Below are positions 6,901 to 13,974 of a DNA stretch of 27,885 nucleotides, piece by piece. A program made the translations under genes and the position numbers. The notes beneath the pieces were generated by a model that was given only the letters and a program-made list of their open reading frames with translations, did not search any database and had not been told where the DNA came from. How positions within the stretch are numbered: position 1 is the stretch's first letter; each line of letters starts with the position of its first letter. Location: positions 1 to 27,885 of the forward strand of contig JBDKRC010000115.1 of the NCBI GenBank assembly GCA_039683575.1, written 5' to 3'. Origin of the DNA: Armatimonadia bacterium. Lineage in GTDB: Bacteria > Armatimonadota > Zipacnadia > Zipacnadales > UBA11051.

Positions 6901-8373
6901 GCGCCAGACGTGGGTGCCGGCGACGGACTTGTAGGGCGAGACGGGGTTGGCGGGCGTGGGCAAGACTTCCTCGTAGCGCGGGGAGAGGGTGAGGAAGAAG
7001 CGCTCGTAGACGTCATTGCGCTTGCCATCGGTCTTGTTGATATAGCGGGTGCCGCCCTGGTAGGAGACCTTGCCATCCTTGACTTCGAGGGCGGAGAAGG
7101 GCTGGGAGGCGTTGGAGAGGTACCAGTCGGTGTTGCCAGCGAGGAAGAGGGGCTTGGCCGGCGGGCCCATGACGACCACGGCGGGGCGGGAGAGACTGCC
7201 GCCGAAGTGGTAGTAGGGGTTGGTGACGAGGCGGGGGTTGTCGGTGCCCTCGGCGTGACCGTAGCGGACTTCGGCGACGTTGCCGCCGGGGCAGAGGGTG
7301 TCGATGACGAGGGACTTGTTCCAGAGGCGGTAGACGTAGGTGACATCCGCGGAGACGCCGTCGCGGCTGACGCGGTAGCGGGTGGTTAGCTCGTTGTTTT
7401 TGAGGCTGGGCGGAGCGAGGGCTTCGATTTTGTCGGGAGCGAGGGCTTTGTCGCCGACCTGGAGATAGACGCCGCCGTCCACGCAGGGGCGGAGGGCGTT
7501 AGCGCCCTTCCAGCGGGCGGTGAGGTCGCCGAAGGTGCCGGTGGCGGGGGTGAGGGCGTAGGTGAGAGTGCCGTCGGAGCCGGTGTAGGTGAAGACGAAG
7601 GATTTGCCCTGGGGGGCGACGGAGGTCTTGAAGTCCTTCGTGAGGTTGTCGGGGAGGATGGTTTGCAGGCGGTTCGGGAACGGGAGCTTGCCCGGGCCGG
7701 TGTTGGTGCCGGTGGTCTGGCCGGGGAACATCGGGATGCCGCGCTCGGGGCGGGGCTCGAAGGTTAGCGGCGGGAATTTCTCGGTGAAGACCGCGAGGTT
7801 GTCGAAGAAGAGCGTCATGTCGGTCTTATTGCGGCCGCCAGTGATGGTGAGGTTCTTGAAGGTGGCACCGTTTTTGGCGCGGTCGATCTGGTCGGGGCTG
7901 AGGCGCTCGTGGAGGACGTACCACTCTTCCCAGTTGACGCTGCCGAGGGTGACGGAGAAGTCCTTGCCCGCCGAGTCGGTGAAGACGGCCTGGATGGTGA
8001 CGGGGGGCTTACTGGGGTTGGGCGAGTAGCCCCAGTTGTTGCCGTAGACCCAGAGGGAGACGGCGTCGAAGGGGGCGGTGATTTTGACGGGCTGGGGCGG
8101 GGCGAAGGAGAGCTCGGGGCCGTCGCCGGTGGCGCGGTAGGTGAGCTTGCCGACGTACTGGTCCCAGAGCTGCTGCTCGCGGGTGCGGGAGAAGGTGGCG
8201 GCCATGGACTTGGGAGTGACGGTCCAGCCGTCGAGGTTCTCGAAGTCGATGAGGGGCGGGTAGAGGTCCTGGGTGCGGTTCGCCCAGTCCATTTCGTAGG
8301 GGCGCTTGCCGACTGGCTCGTCGGCAGCGTAGGCGGTGGTGGCGATGAGGAGGGCGAGGATTATGGTGCGCAT
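4000..8373 (-). CDS. Large secreted glycoside hydrolase-like protein (GH101/GH129-like barrel, NPCBM-like module), ~1457 aa
   Basis: Signal peptide MRTIILALLIATTAYA and GGAGG Shine-Dalgarno. 'STAYCDVH' and 'VYSEG' resemble the Asp/Glu catalytic strands of GH101/GH129. The C-terminal 'AIFMHPP...FRASVGKADG...DLSKWAGQKVRI...DWACWAD' resembles NPCBM/NEW2. The CDS is secure; the family is inferred. Confidence 0.7.
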   Translation of the reverse strand: MRTIILALLIATTAYAADEPVGKRPYEMDWANRTQDLYPPLIDFENLDGWTVTPKSMAATFSRTREQQLWDQYVGKLTYRATGDGPELSFAPPQPVKITAPFDAVSLWVYGNNWGYSPNPSKPPVTIQAVFTDSAGKDFSVTLGSVNWEEWYVLHERLSPDQIDRAKNGATFKNLTITGGRNKTDMTLFFDNLAVFTEKFPPLTFEPRPERGIPMFPGQTTGTNTGPGKLPFPNRLQTILPDNLTKDFKTSVAPQGKSFVFTYTGSDGTLTYALTPATGTFGDLTARWKGANALRPCVDGGVYLQVGDKALAPDKIEALAPPSLKNNELTTRYRVSRDGVSADVTYVYRLWNKSLVIDTLCPGGNVAEVRYGHAEGTDNPRLVTNPYYHFGGSLSRPAVVVMGPPAKPLFLAGNTDWYLSNASQPFSALEVKDGKVSYQGGTRYINKTDGKRNDVYERFFLTLSPRYEEVLPTPANPVSPYKSVAGTHVWRAHGASNRESDAAYWTNVWRYGMRECLITDHETGWRDGGESFTFRTRTAPGKGGDQGQIDYARLMQDKLGFVYGPYNNYTDFAPVNEFWSYDLISRTPQNQLGSAWMRCYAPKPTRAVEYCAKLAPIIQSKFHFSTAYCDVHTAVAPWDRTDYDARVPGAGTFADTFYAYGEIMLHQKNAWQGPVYSEGNHHFWYSGLTDGNYAQDRGYDIPDMPWLVDLDLRKMHDLCCNFGMGNPEMFYGRGEAAGDTPTERDTYVDRFLAATIAFGHPGFLMMEGGFQNGLRSYYMLQQLASRYTQQPIKSIQYMDEKGNLLDTSAAIASGAYKRNQIVTTYADGTQTVVNGNKSDRMRYGETDLPPNGYVGWAPKGASIFVASADNGPGTHRSDYCVTPAYLYVDGRGRFSRHPLAASDGIGICRILPDNKFEIIPYKGADCGFGITATSAVALDKDGKEMGAANLRTARGLTYVIPMEGAFSYLLTGELGGPSQALKSSRGQVVAGEAVTVQGKQPHTFTIPADAKPNQRIWQQFENQWIDFTVVPLTESTATLQGNNLTLVLTSNLAAPAPFAVSLPGGAELQPAQSLSPTTKTLTLKPNVPTKVTFDLGQPQAEDATLLRVDITSNNLHQTLERGMRIVRAPVKLADLPAAYDTGMCVRNAPETPDFGKTGGHVVPRAVTVGGVGEQAIFMHPPWQDGTGYVFAVYEAMTLPNQPLAFRASVGKADGSYLGDGILYKLAVTDASGKDTIVAEKTVLTHEWTPLEADLSKWAGQKVRIKMISDVGPKDDSSGDWACWADMRLETLQPALTRFLDAQGEQYRREPAPFSAKGLTVDQLRAAKSGRLVYDGNGLSGTGEQYGSFAQLNGVMLGNMAPAGGSETQGLWAEKVSIPLTPEAIKKLDRRNVFVLLNPGHDYFKVRRFWIELTLPDGRRVSTDIAPTAFTQPPGWSYAEGMLVPFERNITTDLWFDL
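5142..5187. repeat. REP-derived sequence inserted in frame within the large CDS
   Basis: tggtcggtgataacgactgggccggctga...cggcccctccggg matches intergenic tggtcggtgataacggctgggccggatga...cggcccctccagg at about 10733-10796. Confidence 0.75.
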
Positions 8374-8403
8374 GGTAGAGGCCTCCGGGAGGGTGAGAGC
8401 TTT

Positions 8404-8484
8404 ACAGGATGTACAGGATAAAGGCAAGGATGGGAAGGATGAAGGCGAGAGATTCTGATCCTGAATATCCTGCCTTTATCCTGT
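8404..8484. repeat. CAGGAT/ATCCTG inverted repeat element
   Basis: ACAGGATAAAGGCAAGGAT pairs with ATCCTGCCTTTATCCTGT. The CAGGAT motif recurs near 3350 and 9455. Confidence 0.65.
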
Positions 8485-8498
8485 TCCGAAAGTAGCTT

Positions 8499-8569
8499 TG
8501 TCATTCTGAGCGAAGCGAAGAATCTGCGTGTACAGGTGGCCGGGCTTCTTCGCTTCGCTCAGAATGACA
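8499..8569. repeat. Palindromic element TGTCATTCTGAGCGAAGCGAAGAA ... TTCTTCGCTTCGCTCAGAATGACA
   Basis: Perfect 24-bp inverted repeat directly downstream of the TIM-barrel gene. Confidence 0.85.
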
Positions 8570-8574
8570 GCCTA

Positions 8575-9399
8575 CTAGGTCAACCTAGAAAGGACACTGC
8601 GGAGATGGTTGGCGTTCCGCTTCATGCCGATCTGGGGTTCGGGTAGCTCCGGACGCCAGAATTTTTCGTATTCATCGGAGAGGTAGCCGGTGTAGCCCTG
8701 GTCCTTGAGGATCTGGAGGATGGGCTGCCAGTCTATCTCGCCCTCGTCGAGGAAGTTGGCGAGGGGCTTGCCGTCGACCCGGATGAGGTTCTTGCAGTGG
8801 ACGTGGAGGACGTGGGGGGCCTGGAGGCGGACGGCTTGCAGGGGGTCCTCTCTGCCGGCGGCTACCACCCAGTAGTGATCCATCAGGATGCCGAAGTTGG
8901 GGCGGGCGACCTGGAGGACCATGGCGACGGTGTCCTCGGCGGTCTGGGTGAGGGTGCCGGAGTGGTTTTCCAGGGCGAGTTTGACGCCGTAGTCGGCGGC
9001 GAGGGCGGAGGCTTGTTGGAGGCCGAGGGCGGTGTCGGCCCAGGTAGCGTCGCGGTTGGTGGCGGGGAGGGGCCACATGCCGCCGGTGGCGCGGACGAGG
9101 CTGCAGCCCAGGAGCTGCGCGGCGCGACAGGTTTTGCGGAGGCCTTCGAGGGTCTCGGCCGTGGCCTGGGGGGAGGTGTAGTCCTTGTAGTAGGGGGTGA
9201 GGCAGGCGATGGCTACGCCCTCGTCGGCGGCGGTTTTGGCGATGAGGGCGAGTTCGGCGTCGGTGACGGTTTCGGGGTTGAGGTGGCCGTTAGCGGCGCA
9301 GCGGATCTCGATGCCGTCGAGGCCGAGGTCGCGGCAGAAGTGGAGGGCCTCGAGGAGGGTGAGGCCGGGCATGCCCATGGTGTGTCCGCAGAGTTTCAT
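8575..9399 (-). CDS. Sugar phosphate isomerase/epimerase (xylose isomerase-like/AP endonuclease 2 TIM barrel), ~274 aa
   Basis: 'GLDGIEI', 'LALENH', 'MDHY', 'HVHCKN', 'GEIDW' and 'GYTGYLSDEYE' metal-binding motifs. Confidence 0.88.
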   Translation of the reverse strand: MKLCGHTMGMPGLTLLEALHFCRDLGLDGIEIRCAANGHLNPETVTDAELALIAKTAADEGVAIACLTPYYKDYTSPQATAETLEGLRKTCRAAQLLGCSLVRATGGMWPLPATNRDATWADTALGLQQASALAADYGVKLALENHSGTLTQTAEDTVAMVLQVARPNFGILMDHYWVVAAGREDPLQAVRLQAPHVLHVHCKNLIRVDGKPLANFLDEGEIDWQPILQILKDQGYTGYLSDEYEKFWRPELPEPQIGMKRNANHLRSVLSRLT

Positions 9400-9540
9400 G
9401 GGGAGGAGGTTCGGCGTGGGATGGGTGGAGTCCTTGGAGGGAGGCGAACGGCATACAGGATGGACAGGATTAACGGCGGATGGGGAGGATAGAGGCAAAG
9501 GCAAAGGCAAAGGCGAGGCAGAGGGTGGGGAGGATGGGAG
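9395..9540. repeat. Purine-rich CAGGAT element with (GGCAAA)n, homologous to 3270-3430
   Basis: Collinear blocks shared with 3270-3430, including the ATGAAA start on the minus strand. Confidence 0.65.
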
Positions 9541-9569
9541 GCGAGCGGGGGGCGGGGGGGGCGGGGGGG

Positions 9570-9605
9570 GATCCTTCGTCGCAGACTACGCTCCTCAGGA
9601 TGACA
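9570..9605. repeat. Half copy related to the TGTCAT(T/C)CTGAG palindromic family
   Basis: gatccttcgtcgc...gctcctcaggatgaca resembles the right arm at 8546-8569. Confidence 0.55.
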
Positions 9606-9640
9606 CGCTGGTTGGGGTCTCGTTGGGGTCGGTGACCGCT

Positions 9641-9700
9641 CTCACGGAATGCCCTCCTGCAGAATGCCCTCCTGCAGAATGCCATCTCACGGAATGCCAT
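9641..9700. repeat. 15-bp tandem repeat x4 (core GAATGCC)
   Basis: ctcacggaatgccct cctgcagaatgccct cctgcagaatgccat ctcacggaatgccat. Confidence 0.8.
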
Positions 9701-9722
9701 CCACAGATTCGTCTATCTGCCC

Positions 9723-10682
9723 TCAGTGGTCGTGGCCCTCGTGATCGTGATCGGGAGTTTCCGGGTGCATCAGGGGGCTTACCAGGGCTGGGAGGGGGCA
9801 GGAGGTGCTTTCCATCTCGAGGGTGACCTCGGCGATGTTGAAGCGGGTTTGGAGCATGCCGCGGAGGTCGGCGATGATTTTGACGCGCTCTTCGTCGGTC
9901 TCGGGGCAGGCTACTACGTGGGCGCTGAGGATGAAGAGGTTGGAGCAGGGGGCCCACAGGCGCATGGCGTGGACGTCGTTTACCCCCGGGATCTCGTTCA
10001 TGGCGGCGGCGATGTCGCGGAGGTTGAGGCTGCGCGGGACGCCCAGGAGGAGGATGTGCATGGCCTCGTCGAGCACGCGCCAGGCGCCCCAGATGATGAG
10101 GAGACCCAGGGCGGCGGACATGATCGGGTCCACGAGGTACCAGCCGGTGGTGGCCATGACAATGGCCGCGACGACGACGCCGACGGAGGCGAGCATGTCG
10201 CCGAGAACGTGCATGTAGGCGCTGCGGACGTTGAGGTCGTGATGGTGGCCGGAGAGCCTGGTGAGTACCACGACGTTCACGGCGAGGCCGATGATGGCGA
10301 TGACCATCATCAGGCCGGTTTTGATCTCGGGGGGCTGACGGAAGCGCAGCCAGGCTTCGTGCCAGATCAGAAGGGCGATGACCACCAGGGAGATGCCGTT
10401 GATCATCGCCGCGAAGATCTCGGCGCGGTGCAGGCCGAAGGTGCGGGTGTCGGTGGGCAGGCGGCAGGCGAGGCGCAGGGCGAAGAAGCTGAGCGCAAGC
10501 GACCCGACGTCGGCGAAGACGTGGCCGGCGTCGGAGAGCAGGGCCAGCGAGCCGCTGAGGAAGCCACCGATGACCTCGACGATGAGGATGGCGGCGGTCA
10601 GGATGGTGGCGAGGAAAAGGCGGCGTGACTTGTCGGCGTCGCCAACGCCCATTTCGGTGGCGTGTGTGTGTGTGTGTGCCAT
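9723..10682 (-). CDS. czcD: Cation diffusion facilitator (Zn/Co/Cd efflux), 319 aa
   Basis: 'SGSLALLSDAGHVFAD', 'TFGLHRAEIFAA', 'NVRSAYMHVLGD' and 'DPI'. Six hydrophobic segments and His-rich termini. Confidence 0.92.
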   Translation of the reverse strand: MAHTHTHATEMGVGDADKSRRLFLATILTAAILIVEVIGGFLSGSLALLSDAGHVFADVGSLALSFFALRLACRLPTDTRTFGLHRAEIFAAMINGISLVVIALLIWHEAWLRFRQPPEIKTGLMMVIAIIGLAVNVVVLTRLSGHHHDLNVRSAYMHVLGDMLASVGVVVAAIVMATTGWYLVDPIMSAALGLLIIWGAWRVLDEAMHILLLGVPRSLNLRDIAAAMNEIPGVNDVHAMRLWAPCSNLFILSAHVVACPETDEERVKIIADLRGMLQTRFNIAEVTLEMESTSCPLPALVSPLMHPETPDHDHEGHDH

Positions 10683-10683
10683 G

Positions 10684-10875
10684 GTTGGTCGTTGATGGCG
10701 GTCGGAGCGGGCGAGACGCCCGCACTACGCGTTGGTCGGTGATAACGGCTGGGCCGGATGACCACGGTGAGGCTGTGGTCATGCGGCCCCTCCAGGTTGT
10801 GATCGCTGGTCGGTGATAACGGCCGGCGGGGTACGAGCCCCCGCCCTACAGCGGAGACGGCGTTACGGTAACGGC
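10684..10875. repeat. Cluster of different REP palindromes joined by the GGTCGGTGATAACGGC linker
   Basis: Minus-strand GTAGTGCGGGCGTCTCGCCCGC, GGAGGGGCCG...CGGCCC and GTAGGGCGGGGGCTCGTACCCCGCC units. Confidence 0.8.
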
Positions 10876-10880
10876 GGCGG

Positions 10881-11471
10881 TTATTTTACCAGTCTGGCTC
10901 CGGCTTCTCGGGCCTGGCCCAGGGCTTCCCAGTGGTCGGCTATCTCGCCCGGCAGATCGACCTTCGGGAAGATCAATTCAAGGTAGTCGCCATCCATGGT
11001 GATGACGCTGTGGAAGTACTTCACGTTCGTGCGGATGCCCTCGATCATGTCCTGCTTGTCGCTGCCCAGGACCGACATGAAGAGGAGGTCGCGGCGGCGG
11101 TTGTCCTTGGAGATGGGGTCCTTGAGCAGGAACTTGCGGACCCAGTAGGGCTGGCAGCGGTCGATCATGGCCTTGGCCTGAGCGGTCACGCCGCCGAAGT
11201 AGACCGGCGAGGTGAAGATCACCGCGTCCATGTTCTCAAGGGCGGAGTAGACCGTGTCCATGTCGTCATGGATGACGCACTTGCCGGTCTTGTAGCACCC
11301 GCCACAGCCCTGGCAGGGGCGGATGTTGAGATCGTTGAGGTGGATCTTCAGGGTGGTCGCGCCCGCCTCGGCGGCGCCCTGCAAAGCGGCGTCGAGGAGT
11401 AGGCCGCAGTTGCCCTGGGGGCGGGGGCTGCCCTGGATACCTACAATGAGTTGGGATTTCTTGTCGCTCAT
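10881..11471 (-). CDS. Iron-sulfur flavoprotein / NADPH-dependent FMN reductase family, ~196 aa
   Basis: 'GSPRPQGN', Isf-type Cys motif 'CQGCGGCYKTGKC' and 'FTSPVYFGGVTAQAKAMIDR'. AAGGAG Shine-Dalgarno before ATG 11471. Confidence 0.9.
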   Translation of the reverse strand: MSDKKSQLIVGIQGSPRPQGNCGLLLDAALQGAAEAGATTLKIHLNDLNIRPCQGCGGCYKTGKCVIHDDMDTVYSALENMDAVIFTSPVYFGGVTAQAKAMIDRCQPYWVRKFLLKDPISKDNRRRDLLFMSVLGSDKQDMIEGIRTNVKYFHSVITMDGDYLELIFPKVDLPGEIADHWEALGQAREAGARLVK

Positions 11472-11511
11472 TTTTGACTCCTTTTGGTTTGCGTGGTGGG
11501 TTGGTACCAAG

Positions 11512-11875
11512 GTTGGTCGGTGATGACGGCTTGGGCGGACCACGGTCCGCCCCTACGGTGGGACGTCGGTTGGTCGGTGATAACGGCCGGCGGGGTACGG
11601 AGCCCCCGCCCTACAGCAGAAACGGCGTTACGGCGATGGCCGGACGGACCGCGGTCCGCCCCTACGGCGGGACGTCGGTTGGTCGGTGATAACGGCCGGC
11701 GGGGTACGAGCCCCCGCCCTACAGCGGAAACGGCGTTACGGCGACGGCGTTACGGCGATGGCCGGACGGACCGCGGTCCGCCCCTACGGTGGGACGTCGG
11801 TTGGTCGGTGATAACGGCCGGCGGGGTACGGAGCCCCCGCCCTACAGCGGAAACGGCGGGAACGGCGGAACGGCA
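11512..11875. repeat. BIME-like tandem array of two alternating GTAG REPs (about 3 periods of ~110-120 bp)
   Basis: Alternating GGACC(A/G)CGGTCCGCCCCTAC and GGCGGGGTAC(G)GAGCCCCCGCCCTAC units with the conserved linker GGGACGTCGGTTGGTCGGTGATAACGGCC. Confidence 0.88.
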
Positions 11876-12787
11876 TCAGGGTTTGCGGAGGTCTCTCGGG
11901 TACTTGGACATTACCTCGTCTCTGATGCGCTGGGTCATGGCCAGGGCTTCTTCCATGGGCCGCTGCCACATGTTGCGGCCGAAGATCAGGCCCGTGGCGC
12001 CCGCCTGCATGCAGATATGGGCCTTGGCGAGGAGGTCCTCGTCACTCAGCTTCGAGCCGCCCGAGAAGAGGACGAGAGTCTTGCCGGCGGATTCCACTAC
12101 GCGGCGGACGGCGGCGGACTGATCGTCCTTAAGCTCGTTGTAGGGCTTGGACAGGGCGGCCAAGTTGTCTACCTTGGGGAGGTTGATTTTGACTATGTCA
12201 GCGCCTAACTCGCAGGCGACGCGGGCGGCGTAGTCTACGGCGTAGATTGAGTCGCGACCGCCCTTTGCCTCGATGGCCGAGCCGCGAGGGTAGGCCCAGA
12301 CGATGACGGGCATGCCGAGGGCATCGGCCTCCTGGCGGATCTCCATGAACTGCAGGAAGTCCTCGCTTTGGGCGGGGGAGCCGACGTAGAGGGTGTAGCC
12401 GACCGCGTCGGCACCGAGGCGGACCGCGTCCTCGACGGAGGCGATCAGCGGCGAGAAGGCTTCATCGTCGGGCGGGATCGTGGTTTTGCCGTTGAGCTTG
12501 AGGACCAGCGGCACGCGGCCGGCGTAGGGGGCGAGGTACTTCTCGGCGAGGCCGTATTGGAAGACGATGCCGGTGTAGTTGCCCCGCAGCGCGAGCTGGA
12601 GTTGGAAGTCGGGGTCCTTGCTGGGCGGGTTGGGGAAGAAGTCGGTCGGGCCGTGCTCGAGGCCCTGATCGATGGGCAAAAAGACGGCGGTGCCGTTGGC
12701 GGGGCCATGCTGGTAGAGCAGGCGGTAGAGTCGGGTGCGCTTTCCGGGGGAGAGTGACAGATCGTCGAGAGTCAGGTACTTGTCCAT
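11876..12787 (-). CDS. fbaB: Class I (DhnA/FbaB-type) fructose-bisphosphate aldolase, ~303 aa
   Basis: '[11 protein letters not shown]', '[14 protein letters not shown]', 'WAYPRG', Schiff-base Lys in 'GADIVK', 'FSGG' and 'GRNMWQ'. GGAGGA Shine-Dalgarno before ATG 12787. Confidence 0.9.
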   Translation of the reverse strand: MDKYLTLDDLSLSPGKRTRLYRLLYQHGPANGTAVFLPIDQGLEHGPTDFFPNPPSKDPDFQLQLALRGNYTGIVFQYGLAEKYLAPYAGRVPLVLKLNGKTTIPPDDEAFSPLIASVEDAVRLGADAVGYTLYVGSPAQSEDFLQFMEIRQEADALGMPVIVWAYPRGSAIEAKGGRDSIYAVDYAARVACELGADIVKINLPKVDNLAALSKPYNELKDDQSAAVRRVVESAGKTLVLFSGGSKLSDEDLLAKAHICMQAGATGLIFGRNMWQRPMEEALAMTQRIRDEVMSKYPRDLRKP

Positions 12788-12841
12788 GTTGTCCTCCACT
12801 ACTTCATCCTCACGACACGACAGACGACAGGGGCTGCTGCC

Positions 12842-12923
12842 GCCCCTTCGGGGCTCAAGTGTTTCGAGGGCCGGGTACCAGGGGCTTGCGCCCCTGGCTA
12901 GGGTCTGACGGCCCTTCGGGCCT
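12842..12923 (+). repeat. Three-hairpin REP-like element
   Basis: GCCCC-TTC-GGGGC ... CCAGGGGC-TT-GCGCCCCTGG-CTA ... GGCCC-TTC-GGGCC. Confidence 0.85.
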
Positions 12924-12984
12924 GCACGGCGTGTGACCGGGCGGTTTGGGCTCAGTCAAGGAACCGTTACGGCTGGCGGTGTCA

Positions 12985-13120
12985 CGCCCGGCTGGAAGCC
13001 GGGCTCTGTTGGCGATAGCTCGCGGCAGGATGCCGCTCGTACGGCGTAGTAGCGCAGCTTGGCGACTACGGCGGTCGCGAGGCAGCCGCTCGTACGGCGT
13101 AGTGGCGCGGCGTGGAGACC
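12985..13120. repeat. REP-like palindromes with a duplicated GCCGCTCGTACGGCGTAGT block
   Basis: Hairpin GCCCGGC-TGGAA-GCCGGGC. Direct repeat at about 13032-13066 and 13085-13119. A related CGCTCGTAC end occurs near 13900. Confidence 0.6.
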
Positions 13121-13125
13121 CGTGG

Positions 13126-13611
13126 CTAGTCGCGGTTGGTTTTGAACTCCTGCAGCAGGCGGACGTGGGCCTTCTCCTGCTGGATCAGTTTGTCTATCTG
13201 CGGCTGCTCGGCGGGCGGGACGATTTCGCGCATTTCGTACAGGAACAGGATCGTGTCCTTTTCGAAGCCGAGGGCGAAGTCGAGCGCCTGCAGGTCATCG
13301 GTCATCCCGGCGACTACGCGGCGGGCGGTTTCTTCGTCCGGCATGACGCGAGTTTGCAGGAGGGCGGTGATGTACTCCTGCTCCTCGTCTGCGTAGGTCT
13401 CGGGAGCGGAGTAGGCGCCGACGCCCTCGCGGAGTTGGCGGAAGGTTGTCTCGTGGTTCTGCTCGGCCTCGGCGAGGTAGTGCATCATTTTGCGGACGCT
13501 ATCACCCCTGGCGGCGGCGGCGACGGCCTCGTAGAAGGCGTGGCCGCTGCGCTCGGTGGCGATGGCCATTTCGTAGACTTCGGCGGCGGAGAAATTGGCG
13601 AGACTGGTCAT
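13126..13611 (-). CDS. Ferritin-like / rubrerythrin-domain protein, 161 aa
   Basis: Di-iron motifs 'AIATERSGHAFY', 'AEAEQNHE', 'ALGFEKDTILF' and 'QQEKAH'. Confidence 0.88.
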   Translation of the reverse strand: MTSLANFSAAEVYEMAIATERSGHAFYEAVAAAARGDSVRKMMHYLAEAEQNHETTFRQLREGVGAYSAPETYADEEQEYITALLQTRVMPDEETARRVVAGMTDDLQALDFALGFEKDTILFLYEMREIVPPAEQPQIDKLIQQEKAHVRLLQEFKTNRD

Positions 13612-13679
13612 TGTCGGGTCCTTGGCGGTGAGGCAGTGAATAGCGTTGGTCTGGAGCAGAGACGATTTGAGAGGCTGCC

Positions 13680-13761
13680 GCCCCTTCGGGGCTCAATGGT
13701 TTTGGTTGCGCGCACCAGGGCCTTGCGGCCCTGGCTAGAGGCCGGACGGCCCTTCGGGCCT
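13680..13761 (+). repeat. Three-hairpin REP-like element
   Basis: GCCCCTTCGGGGCTCAA ... CCAGGGCC-TTGC-GGCCCTGG-CTA ... GACGGCCCTTCGGGCCTG. Near copy of 12842-12923. Confidence 0.85.
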
Positions 13762-13764
13762 GAC

Positions 13765-13868
13765 GGCAACGGCAACGGCAACGGCAACGGCTGACGGCTG
13801 ACGGCTGACGGCTGACGGCTGACGGCTGACGGCTGACGGCTGACGGCTGACGGCTGACGGCTGACGGC
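13765..13868. repeat. Perfect microsatellites (GGCAAC)4 + (GGCTGAC)11
   Basis: Counted directly: 13765-13788 and 13789-13865. Confidence 0.95.
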
Positions 13869-13974
13869 CTCCGGTTGGCTTGATTGTCGCGATCGGTGAT
13901 CGCTCGTACAGGTGGGCAGGAGGAGGGGCGACACCACCCCTCACAGGTCACGGCTTGCCAGCTACCATTGCCAA

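Noticed and set aside
4184-8421. Long overlapping ORFs inside the large GH-like gene (e.g. 6129-7346, 6226-7389, 4277-5305)
   Set aside because: Shadow frames of a high-GC3 gene with low-complexity Pro/Ser/Arg or Val/Gly composition and no motifs.
9641-9700. Possible mini-CRISPR or iteron set
   Set aside because: Contiguous 15-bp tandem units with no spacers, and no rep gene nearby.
11512-11875. Possible CRISPR array
   Set aside because: The sequences between repeats are themselves near-identical REP palindromes, not unique spacers, and no cas genes are present.
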